This document shows positions 1 to 11,265 of a DNA stretch of 64,000 bases, piece by piece. Every line of letters begins with the position of its first letter. Positions within the stretch are counted from its first letter, which is position 1. Origin of the DNA: Heptranchias perlo (taxonomy: Eukaryota); assembly GCF_035084215.1 (NCBI RefSeq), contig NC_090352.1, positions 6,386,001 to 6,450,000 on the forward strand, written 5' to 3'. The position numbers were made by a program, and so were the translations under genes. A model generated the notes under the pieces. The model did not search any database, had not been told where the DNA came from, and worked only from the letters and a program-made list of their open reading frames with translations.

Positions 1-421
1 TTAACCCACGCCCGTTAGTTCCGTCGCAGACAGCACGAGACATTCGTCCTGCCTGACCACTTACCTCAAGGAAGCGTAATGGTCCAGCCTTGAGACGACA
101 ATTCCACCAGATTCACACTTCTCACCAGTAGTGGGAGCCCAAATCTCGGGTGAATTGCTCGCATCTCTTAAAGGCAGGCTGCATCTTTTAAAGGTAGCCT
201 GTACCACTTATTTGCAAAAAATAAGATACGGGCCTGCACAGAATCTGAACGGAGATCAGACATCGCACACATAAAACACAGATGCAGGCCCTAGCGCTTT
301 GTTTACACACTGAGGAATTATGTTAAAATATTGAATAAAGGTTGCACTCTACTAAATCCCACATCCTCCAATCTGCACGCCAGACCTCACCAATCTGCCG
401 ATCTGAGTTGGTACCAGGCCT

Positions 422-664
422 GTGAGAGTGCGTGCACCAAGGTTCTCTGCTGATGCACTAGAGACCTTGGTGCAAGAGGTGGACAGAAGGAGGGACATCC
501 TATATCCACGGATGGGGGAGGTAGGGGGGGGCAAGAGGCCCTCCAGATATATGCTCAAGGGGCAGTGGGAGGCAGCGGGGGTCACAGTCAATGCCAGGTG
601 CACAGCATCATGAACATGGATGCAGTGCAGGAAGAAGTTCAATGCTTTGACACGAATGGTCAAG
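422..664 (+). pseudogene. Harbinger-type Myb/SANT-like DNA-binding protein exon with in-frame stop
   Basis: Reads RAPRFSADALETLVQEVDRRRDILY...W...VNA...*TWMQCRKKFNAL, a typical Myb/SANT-like (MSANTD) pattern, with TGA at 611-613. Donor AAG|GTGAGT at 664/665; next acceptor TTTCTTGCAG| at 950/951 (ELVAHNR). Confidence 0.75.
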
Positions 665-994
665 GTGAGTGAGGCCAACTGTTAAGTGGCGTCTCCTACC
701 AACTGCACCACGAGCTGCATCCTCTGCACCATGCACTACACCCCCATCAAACACATACCAACAAACTCTTTCAATCAGTACTCAACTCTTCCAAACAGAT
801 GCTTCCACTCACCCTCACACATTATCACTGTTGCAAGCCACTCACCCACAGCTCATAAGCCACATACACTGGTAGCTATTCAACCATGACAGGCACATCA
901 CCCCGACATCCTGCAGGACACTCACCGACACACTTCTCACTTTCTTGCAGGAGTTAGTGGCGCATAACAGGTGGTAACAAGTGGCAGTGCCATT

Positions 995-1258
995 TAACCC
1001 TTGAGCCTGTTCCGCCATTCAATGAGGTCATGGTTGATCTGTGACCTAACTCCATATACCTGCCTTAGCCCCATATCCCTTAATACCCTTGATTCACAGA
1101 AATCTATCAATCTCAAATTTAAAATTGAGCTGGCATCAACTGCCGTTTGCAGAAGAGCGTTCCAAACTTCTCCCATCTTTTGTGTGTAGAAGCATTTCCT
1201 TACTTCACTCCTGCAAGTCCTGGCTCTAAATGTTAGACTGTGTCCCCATGTCCTAGTG
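995..1258 (-). mobile_element. CR1 LINE 3' fragment
   Basis: Minus-strand translation resembles the CR1 ORF2 C-terminus (RTWGHSL...FYTQKMGEVWNAL) followed by the 3' UTR. Confidence 0.75.
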
Positions 1259-3160
1259 TTCAAGCATAGGAGACCTCCAAAAATAAGTATAAATGCATCA
1301 GTAGCCAGAAGCAATAATCCAGCAACTAACTTGTAAATCCTATGTGGTCCCTTTAAATAGCACTGGTGGGGGGTCCTCTAGGCACTTTAAGACATGTTTA
1401 ACTGGTCGTGGTTAAGAGTGGAGTTGAGTGGAGCGTTAAGTGCCAAAATGGTGTCTATCACTTTAATTCAGCATTGTACACTGATCGAATGCATATTCTC
1501 CCTACTTTACACGCTGCCCTCATTTGTTATCTGCACTTGCACTAAACCCTTTACAAAGATGACGTCTGGCGCACAAGCACATGCATCCCAGGCGCCATCT
1601 TGGACATCCGTGAGGCTGCGTAGCGCCGAAACAGTGGGCGCTATACGGCCCAATTTCTAGCCCTACATTTTTCACATGTGGTCTCTTTCCTCATTTTTGC
1701 ATAATATCCATTTTTCACTTGAGTGAGGAAATTATAGACCATTGTAACCAAATCCTAAAAACCAATAATTTATCTATAGTGTATTAAAACCTTTCTGACT
1801 GTGCCCACTTCCTATCTACAATGCTTTGCTTCCGGTTGTCAACTCTTTCCATTATAAATTCCTATGCCCTACTTTATAATGGAAACTGCCCATGTAAACT
1901 GCTCAATAGTGGTGTTTACACCCTCTTGTTAGTGGTGGTGCTGTAGCACCTCCGATTTGCATCTCCCGTCAGCTCAGCCTGTACTGTAGAGTAACTCCCA
2001 TGCTTTGCCCAACTCTGCTTCCCAAATTGCTGTAAGTTTTACTATTTAATAATCATATAAAATCAAAGTATTATATAAAAGGACAGAATGTATGACTTTA
2101 AAATGGGGATTAAATTACGTCGGCATGCCCTGGCCCAATTTTACCTGCCATCTGACCCCACTTCACCTAAAGACTGCACTTGATCTTGGCATATGCAACA
2201 CCAGGGGCAATTGACTAGTAATAGTGTAAAATTGAAATATCATATAAAAATAAGGACAGATTCTGACTTTTAAATCGGGATGGAATTACATCCATGCGTC
2301 CCTGGTCCAATTATTCCCAACTCTCTAACCTTTCTTCATCTGAAGACCATACTTGGTTTTGACTCCCTGTGCGCAATGCCACGAGGGATCAGCTAGTGAT
2401 ATATTAAAATGTCTTGCTTTTTTGCTCACTTCCTGTAAGTCATGCTTTCTTCCTATAACACATTCCCCATCACACTTTGTTGATAACGCAGCTGTTGTTA
2501 TCAAACAGGATATCCCCCCCTCTCACTGTGAGCAATGCCATGGAAGATCTGTTGTTATTCATTGATAAAAAGGTTTCAGCTGCAGTTTTGGGGAAATATA
2601 ACATGAACTCAACTTTGTTGAGGTAAGGAAAAAATAAACTAGTAAAGCATAATGCAAGGGTGCAAGTACCAGGGGACACAAGGTAAACATATTCAGGTAG
2701 GAATCTGAGGTTGAAGCTCTATAGCCTTCTGGTCAGGCTGCATCTTCTTTGTATCAAGATCTCTGTGGACTGAATTGTGTTATACCCTCCCCTCTCCCCC
2801 ACGATCACAGTGAATGGAGAGAAGAGGCTGGGCGGGGCTTAAAATATGCGGAGACAGAAAACAGAGCAATACAGTTACACGTTTACTCGAGTTACACTGG
2901 GTTGTTGGAAAATACAACATAGCTAAATGCTCACGTCACAACCCTGGAGTCACAGGTTCAAGTCTCGGAAGAGGCCGAGATTTGACTTTGGCAGTCACAC
3001 TTATCAGTTTTCTGATTGGCTCTCAAGCAAGAAATGTCTTAGTAGCAGAACATTGCATTCGAGCAGAGAGCGCTCCCCGTAGAGAATGTATGTGGTATTG
3101 ACCAGGGGCAAGTGGTCAGCTGGGAAAAGTAATGTCAACTGCACCTTATATTTGGGGAGT

Positions 3161-3330
3161 GGGGAATTTTTAACCTAACCCGCCCGGCAGGAACAGGATG
3201 GATTCAGTTCAAACGTCTGTTTCACACCCCGTTGAACTCAGTGGAGTGTAAACTCGGGCAGGGTCTAAAATGGGCGTTCGACCCGAATCTGCCTCATTCC
3301 TGCCAAGAGGGCTAGGTTCAAATTACCCCC
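3161..3330. mobile_element. Palindromic MITE (Harbinger-like)
   Basis: Ends GGGGAATTTTTAACCTA ... TAGGTTCAAATTACCCCC are inverted repeats. Related pieces at about 38040-38128 and 53151-53271. Confidence 0.6.
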
Positions 3331-3704
3331 ATGGAAAACTAATTGACTGAAAGGTATCGTCAATCGTGAGTGCGTCAGCTCAGCTGGCAATATCTCAAAT
3401 GGTCTCATATAGGCCAAGTGACTCACGCTGCGTTCAACTACAGCCAATAGGACAGATTAACTAGCCCAGTGTTGGCTCAAAAAATTGAGACACTACAAAA
3501 TATACGACTGAAAATCGAAAATGTGCTAGAATTGTATTAATGAACTTGCAGTGAGCTCCCTTCAGAATTTGAGGGTGGGCTAGATGTTTGGATTCTTCAT
3601 CGTCTAAAAACGGATCAGGGTTGACCTATTGACCAAGTGTTGGAACTCAGTAATGGACCTGCTGCTCCCGCGTAATCAGCCACTCGGGTTTACTTGTTTT
3701 CCAG

Positions 3705-3954
3705 CTGCCACAGCCCGTCATCAGAGCGCAGAACACCACACGCCAAGAACAAGCGCAGTGCTGTGCCCAGACAGAGCCCCAAGAACGACACAAATGGGCG
3801 GAAGCCATGTTGCGCTCGATCCAGTCCCAATCAATCCCCTCTGCGAGCCCGGCACAGCAGATCAGTGACTCCCAGGCAGAACGGACACAAGGGAGCTTCG
3901 TGGAACGGCAGACACAGTCCAAGGCACAGGCACCCTCCAGACAGATCACAGGAT
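3705..3954 (+). CDS. SRRM3: SRRM3 internal coding exon (Ser/Arg-rich), phase 2 to 0
   Basis: Acceptor TTGTTTTCCAG|, donor GAT|GTATGT. Open SR-rich frame CHSPSSERRTP...RSQD whose phase matches the next exon. Confidence 0.8.
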
Positions 3955-6900
3955 GTATGTAGTCTTTTCCTTCTCTTCTCTGGTTTTCCTTTCTCTCTCC
4001 CTCTCTCTCTTGCTCTCTCTCAATGTTCTGGGAGTTCTAAAGCCAGTTTCCTATCAGAATCTTGTGTGTGCTCTCCATTCTCCACCATTGTTTTCTATTT
4101 CTCATTTCCATCTGAACAGCATGTGCAGTTCATTAAACAATGAGAATCATTTGTAGTAATAAAGCGCTAGACTGTTGTAACCCCAGATTCCTACAAGCTG
4201 CAACTTAGCAGAGAATGCTACAGTTTAGTAGACCCCACCCACCCACCCAAATTGCATCCCGCAGTTCTGGAATAATGTAGGTTGAACTGGAGATAATTTC
4301 ATTAAACCCTTCAAGGCCAATTACATTCAATTGAAGTACTGTTAGAATTGTAGAGAAAACAGAGATTAGGAATTCCGAAGTAGTCCTAGTCAAAACAAAT
4401 GAAATGTGAAGAGAGATAGCGTCTCAGTATTCATATTTCCAAGAAACCGTCTCCTTTTCCATGAGCTGCTAATTTGGCTTTTGCAACAGCAGTTCAGCGG
4501 TGAAGAGGTCACGCTCTCCTCACACCCCCTCTGGCCACGGGTTCATGTCCTCTGTGGAGGAAGCATAGAAGTCTGGAGAGGCAAGCTTAACCCAGGACAC
4601 CGTCTCTACAGCCTTGTGTTGTGTGGAAAAGTACCAGCCTCATCTCGGTGCAAGGGAGGCAGGGGTTACGCGGACTAGTGCTTGATGTATTCCATTATTC
4701 ACATACTATGAAACAAAATACAAGAGAAACCAGCTGAAGGCACATGATAGTGAATAAAGGGAGTCTCCTGGGGCTACAACTAATAGGGTAGGCATTGGTT
4801 TTTCCTCATCACTGCCACCATTTTGAATGTATTGATACATGCGGCAGCAACAAATTGTGAAGTGGCATTCTGCACCAAATGTATTGCAACATCTGGGCTA
4901 GCGGGCAGATGTGTTTTCTTACTGGGCACACGACAGATAATACTTTATTTGATGATATTTACTGTGTTCATGGCATAAGACATAGGTCGATCGTTAGGTG
5001 TCACTGGTGCACATATGTTTGTAGACTTGTACGGGGCTGACCATCACCAGCACTCTTTACCAAGTAGCTCGATCCATTTTGTTCTTCTGGCACAACTGCC
5101 TTCCTATATTTATTCTCTGGGTGTGGGTGATAATCCTGCAGCCCAGTCATTTGATTATTAACTGAGATGGAGATGTAGCAAATAGGCAGTGTGGTGGCTG
5201 GTATTCCAACACGCTGTGCCACACAGTATTGGAATCTTCAGTATCGCCCGTGCCATTGTAGAGGGAAGTGCCAATCACAGGCTAAGCATTTCCCCACAGT
5301 CATGGAGAGAGGATCAGGCAAATCATGCCCTCAAAGGTGGCATTGGTATAGGCCTGGGACCAAGGCCAGTGAGCCTGGCCTGGGAGCAAGGCCTGGGAGC
5401 AATTCACTCCTGCCTGCAGTATTCCAATTTATAGATTTATTAGTCCCTGGTGCAGTATCCTTTATATTATCTCACTAGTACCAATAAATCACTTGTGCAA
5501 ATATGTTGTAGATAGTCATTGATAGAAACTATTGCTACACACACATTATATAACAGCTAACCCTGGTGGATAGGAACACAGAAACAGAAAAGATGACCTT
5601 AGTCCATCTCAGTCAAAAACAAAACACACCATTCATTACCTACTGTATATCCCTCAATTAATTTTCTTACCAAATGTCAAGTCCCTCTTAAAACTACTGC
5701 TGTAATCTGGATCAACCACCTCCTTGGGCAGTCCATTCCAAACATTCAGCACCCTCCGTATCCAACAGAGGGTGCGCTGCACATCAGCTGCACAGTGTTT
5801 TTGTTGTAGTTCTTTGCCACTTGGTTGGAAGATGATGACTTTTATACAGTTGCTGTCTCCCTGGAAGGTGCTAGGTCAATGATCGCCAATTTGCTCTCCT
5901 ATTTCAGCTGTCTTTCTACAGTTCTTCTGGCACACCTGATTTACCCCTGAGTAGTTGAGTTCAGTCTAGTTAGAGCTCTTGAGATTCAGATTGGTTTGTT
6001 CCTTTTGATCAAAAATAATTTTTTTAAAATCCCCCTGTGCATCTGCACCTCCACATTCTCCACTGTCATGGTGGGTAACAGCAAAGCAGCCTGTGTGCCT
6101 GGAGCCACAGTGATAAAGGTAAAGTTAAAAACAATCGTTAATGTACTGGTTGGTCTGATGGAGCAAGTGTGGGTGGCATTGGTGGAAAATGCACCTCGAT
6201 TCCATGCTTTTGTTCAATTTTTTTTTAAAGTTATATTATCTCTGATAGCCAGCACCAGGTGTCAGTGCATCTCTCACACTTGAACTGCAGCAAGTGTGAA
6301 ACCTACACAGCGTGCAGCCCCCTCCTCCAGCCAGTCTCCAACTGCTCGTCAAGATTCAGACATCACTCAAATCAAGGATTTCAACATAAAATTAAACAGC
6401 ACAGTTTACACATTGATGCAATAGGAACGCATTGAGGCAGAAAACTATAACTGGCTGTTGTCTGATTCGAGGCCCACTTTGCAAGTCCAGGACCTTACAG
6501 TTGTCGGGCCTGGGAGTTGCTAAACAGCAAAATAGTTGAATGATTTTCTTACCAGAGTTTGGTTCACACTATCCCATCTAGTCATGGCCAATGTTTAACC
6601 CTCCCCCCTCTACCTATGCACCAGTAGGACTGGTCAGAATCGATCATTCCAGACAGAATGAGGCTCAGTTTAACTCTACTCTGCTGAAGATGGTCATGTC
6701 AAAACACAATCCCAAAATACTGCACTCTGATAGCCAGTAACAAAGTGACGTGAGGCTAAGACTAACAAAAAAAAACAAAGCAGTATTTACACAAGTGCAA
6801 GAAATCTGCCTGCTGGAGAATTGTCCAATTGGAGAATTGTCAGAAGCTCATTCCAGCTGTTGTTACTTAGGAGAGTGTTAAACCCTGCATGGACCTCATC

Positions 6901-7035
6901 AGCTAAGGTTGCCACTTTCTGCCAGGTCCAGAACCTGGACAGGCTGTATGATGGGTGTGGAATTATGGCTCGAGTCTGATCTTTGCTCCACTGATTATAA
7001 AAGTTACCCGAAAAACGTACTAACCAACATCTATT

Positions 7036-7635
7036 TATTGGCATTGAGTACAAAAACAACAAAGTCATGCTAAACCTTTACAAGTCACTGGTTAGGCCTC
7101 AGTTGGAGTATTGTGTACAATTCTGGGCACCACACTTTAGGAAGGCTGTCAAGGCCTTGGAGAGGGTACAGAGGTGGTTTACCAGGATGATACCAGGGAT
7201 GAAGGACTTCAGTTATGTGGAGAGAATAGAGAAGCTGGGATTGTTCTCCTTAGAGCAGAGAAGGTTAAGGGGAGATTTAATAGATTTAATAATTATGAGG
7301 GGTTTTGATAAAGCAAATGAGGAGAAACTGTTTCCTCTGGCAAGTGGGTCGGTAACCAGAAGTCATAGATTTAAAATCATTGGCAAAAGAACTAGAGGGG
7401 AAATTAGGAGAATTTTTTCACACAGAGGGTTGTTAAGATCTGGAGCACACTGCCTGAAAGGATGGTGGAAGCAGATTCCATAGGAACTTTCAAAACACAA
7501 TTGGACATGTATTTGAAGAGGATTAATTTGCAGGGTTATGGGGAAAAAGCTGGGACTAATTTGGACAGCTCTTTTAAAGAGCCAGCACTGGCACAACTGG
7601 CTGAATGACCTCCTGTGCTATAAGATTCTATGATT
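7036..7635 (+). mobile_element. CR1 LINE 3' fragment
   Basis: LYKSLVRPQLEYCVQFWAPH...LGLFSLEQRRLRGDLI motif and an ATTCTATG-type tail. Confidence 0.9.
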
Positions 7636-9699
7636 TCTGCATCCTGAGTGGAAAATCCGAGTTTGGTTCCAAAAAATCAGACTTCTGCCACCTAGTTTTC
7701 CTTCTAGAAATTTTCAGACATCCCACTCAAAAACTGCCTGGTTCAAAACTAGACTGGTGCCAAACTGATCATAAATGAGGGGGGCTGAAGCGATGGAGGC
7801 AAATCCACTTTGCCTGTTCCAGCCAACAGGAGTAGTTGGAGGCAAAATTTTACAAAAAGGGAATGATAAAATTGGGAATCAGCATGGGATTAAATTGAAC
7901 CAAAAAAGGATCAGTACCTTTCCTTTTCCATCAAATAGAGTGTTATCTGAAACGTATCTGTCCATTTTATTCCCTTATGCGTCGCAGGTAAGGCGATAGT
8001 TATTGATTGTTGTGAGTGATGTGCTTTGAATCTGTGTGGCTCAGCCCATTAAGGACTGATGCCCTTCGCTGATACACTGCAGTTTCCAGCTTTAACCTGG
8101 GTGGTACAGCGAAAACATTCACAGGGCGTTAAAGTTTTATAGATTTCGCAAACCGTGAAGTACAAACATTCATTATAGCTGCTGCGAACACCAGGGACTG
8201 TCTGCATCTCATGTTGCCGTGGTACTTGCAGCGAGTGTCCCCATGTGGCTCTGGTGTGCCAGAAAGCAACACAAAACTTCAGTACGATCCTGACGGTTTA
8301 GTTTTCTGGACAATACTGACCGTCCCCTCAAAAAAATTAGGACATGTGGCAATATTAAGATATGTGTTCCTCTTAATATACCTAACTGAGATGTTTCAAA
8401 CACTACTGTGAACATTAAATTGAAAGTAGCTAGTCCTATTTGTCTATTGCGTACACTTGTGAGTCAGTTCCTTCATGCGGCAAGCTGAACATGGCCCTGC
8501 CCTTCACCCTGCATGGTACAAGACTTGCATGCATTACTGTGGGGTCAGTACGGTTTTAGTTTCTTTTACCTAGTCGCTATTTAGCACAATGTTATTCATC
8601 CAAAACCAAATCCTACACAAACCAGTCATTACTGCATTTACAAAGAAGCATAAACAGCAACTGTGAGGAGGTCGTCAATATTTCTCTGTAGAAATTAATG
8701 TGCATCATTCAACCCGACTTACTGCATGGATCCTAGGCAGAACAGACTGACTTTGTTAAAGTGCATATTAAAACAATGATTTTTGAAAAAACATCATTCT
8801 CTGTGCAGGCCAACGCAAGTGGTTTACCCGTTTTAAACCATGTAATTTTAAAGGAAATCAAATAGAAATTTCCTACAATTGTTTTTAATTATAACGCATT
8901 TACTGATCTGAAAAATTGCATAAAGAAAATTAGGGTCTGATATTCTATCATTAACCTGACGTAAATCAATGTACTCTCTGAACCCCTAGAGGGAGTTGTT
9001 TCTGGAATGTCAGCATACCTGACTTGGGATTTTTTTTTAAATATAGCCAAATATAAGATTTATAAAATCACATTAAACTTTTATATGTAGTTAATTTTTA
9101 ATGTTTGCTCACAGTAATTTCAGCTTTACAAATCTGCATTGGGAAATAACAGGCATGACAGCAGAGTGACCATGATTCGAAACTCACTCCTAACTTGGTG
9201 ACCAGTGAGTTAATTGGCCATTCCTGCTTGTATCGATATAGAGCATGGCTGGCCAGGGCACATCCTCCATCTTTTCAGTTTTACTGACTGAAAACTTGTT
9301 GAATACGCTTCATTAAAACTCTCCAACAAATTGATTCACATAGTACAAGAAACGTCAAAGTCATTTTAATCCAGACGTAGTTCATTGAATCATTGCGAGT
9401 AGGTACATGATATGGGATAGATGGGTTTAACTGATAACTCAGAGCCTGTATTAAGACGGGGAGCACAGGCATTAACATTACATTCAGGGGGTGAACATGC
9501 ACTAAACTAAAAACAGATTAGAAAAGGCCTCGCCAATTTCCAATTTAAATGGAATCTCTGTCCTCTTGCCCATTGTACAGAGTTAAAATGGTAATATCTC
9601 AACATACATAAAGAGCAAGAAGCATCACGGTAAGGAGCCTCCACCTTAGTGAGATAATCTAGCAATCATAGGCCCCCTAATATGACTATATAGTTAAGT

Positions 9700-11265
9700 G
9701 ACCATGAAGCTGTCGGATTGTAGCTAAAAACCCAACTAATGTCCCTTTAGGGGAGGAAACCAGCCGTCCTTGCCCGGTCTGGCCTATAGAAGCATAGAAT
9801 CATAGAAGTTACAACATGGAAACAGGCCCTTCGGCCCAACATGTCCATGTCGCCCAGTTTATACCACTAAGCTAGTCCCAATTGCCTGCACTTGGCCCAT
9901 ATCCCTCTATACCCATCTTACCCATGTAACTGTCCAAATGCTTTTTAAAAGACAAAATTGTACCCGCCTCTACTACTGCCTCTGGCAGCTCGTTCCAGAC
10001 ACTCACCACCCTTTGAGTGAAAAAATTGCCCCTCTGGACCCTTTTGTATCTCTCCCCTCTCACCTTAAATCTGTGCCCCCTCGTTATAGACTCCCCTACC
10101 TTTGGGAAAAGATTTTGACTATCGACCTTATCTATGCCCCTCATTATTTTATAGACTTCTATAAGATCACCCCTTAACCTCCTACTCTCCAGGGAAAAAA
10201 GTCCCAGTCTGTCTAACCTCTCCCTGTAAGTCAAACCATCAAGTCCCGGTAGCATCCTAGTAAATCTTTTCTGCACTCTTTCTAGTTTAATAATATCCTT
10301 TCTATAATAGGGTGACCAGAACTGTACACAGTACTCCAAGTGTGGCCTCACCAATGCCCTGTACAACTTCAACAAGACATCCCAACTCCTGCATTCAATG
10401 TTCTGACCAATGAAACCAAGCATGCTGAATGCCTTCTTCACCACCCTATCCACCTGTGACTCCACTTTCAAGGAGCTATGAATCTGTACTCCCAGATCTC
10501 TTTGTTCTATAACTCTCCCCAACGCCCTACCATTAACGGAGTAGGTCCTGGCCCGATTCGATCTACCAAAATGCATCACCTCACATTTATCTAAATTAAA
10601 CTCCATCTGCCATTCATCGGCCCACTGGCCCAATTTATCAAGATCCCGTTGCAATCCTAGATAACCTTCTTCACTGTCCACAATGCCACCAATCTTGGTG
10701 TCATCTGCAAACTTACTAACCATGCCTCCTAAATTCTCATCCAAATCATTAATATAAATAACAAATAACAGCGGACCCAGCACCGATCCCTGAGGCACAC
10801 CGCTGGACACAGGCATCCAGTTTGAAAAACAACCCTCTACAACCACCCTCTGTCTTCTGTCGTCAAGCCAATTTTGTATCCAATTGGCTACCTCACCTTG
10901 GATCCAATGAGATTTAACCTTATGTAACAACCTACCATGCGGTACCTTGTCAAATGCTTTGCTGAAGTCCATGTAGACCACGTCTACTGCACAGCCCTCA
11001 TCTATCTTCTTGGTTACCCCTTCAAAAAACTCAATCAAATTCGTGAGACATGAATGTATGTGACTCCAGTCCCACACCCAACGCAGTTGACTTTTAACTG
11101 CACTCTGAAGTGGCCTAGCAAGTCACTCAGTTGTATCAAAACTGCTACAAAGAATGGACTGCAGCGGTTCAAGAAGGAGGCCCACCATTACCTTCTCAGG
11201 GCGACTAAGGATGGGCAATAAATGTCGGCCTTGCCAGCGATGCCCACATCCCAAGAATGAATTTT
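9700..11265 (+). mobile_element. SINE with MER131/Meta-domain-like core, split by a CR1 insertion
   Basis: AAAAACCCAACTAATGTCCCTTTAGGGGAGGAAACC...GGTCTGGCCTATA (9725-9788) resumes as TATGTGACTCCAG after 11053. The 3' tail GGACTGCAGCGGTTCAAGAAG...GGGCAATAAATG is shared with the LINE at 32760-35305. Family name is from memory. Confidence 0.6.
9787..11053 (-). mobile_element. 5'-truncated CR1 LINE with uninterrupted reverse transcriptase C-terminal frame
   Basis: ORF 9872-11077 has YMDFSKAFDKVPH, GVPQGSVLGP and KFADDTK. (CATAGAA)n-type tail at 9787-9807 on the + strand. Confidence 0.95.

Larger units (their letters stand above)
1..1663 (+). mobile_element. Decayed PIF/Harbinger DNA transposon, right part (left end outside window)
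   Basis: Carries a Myb/SANT-like gene remnant (422-664). Ends in CCCAATTTCTAGCCC (1649-1663), the reverse complement of a GGGCTAGAAATTGGG-type terminal repeat. Interrupted by a CR1 fragment. Confidence 0.7.

Noticed and set aside
9872-11077. 401-aa reverse transcriptase ORF as a functional gene or retron-like system
   Set aside because: It is a 5'-truncated CR1 ORF2 lacking the endonuclease and the RT N-terminus. The apparent start lies in flanking SINE sequence.
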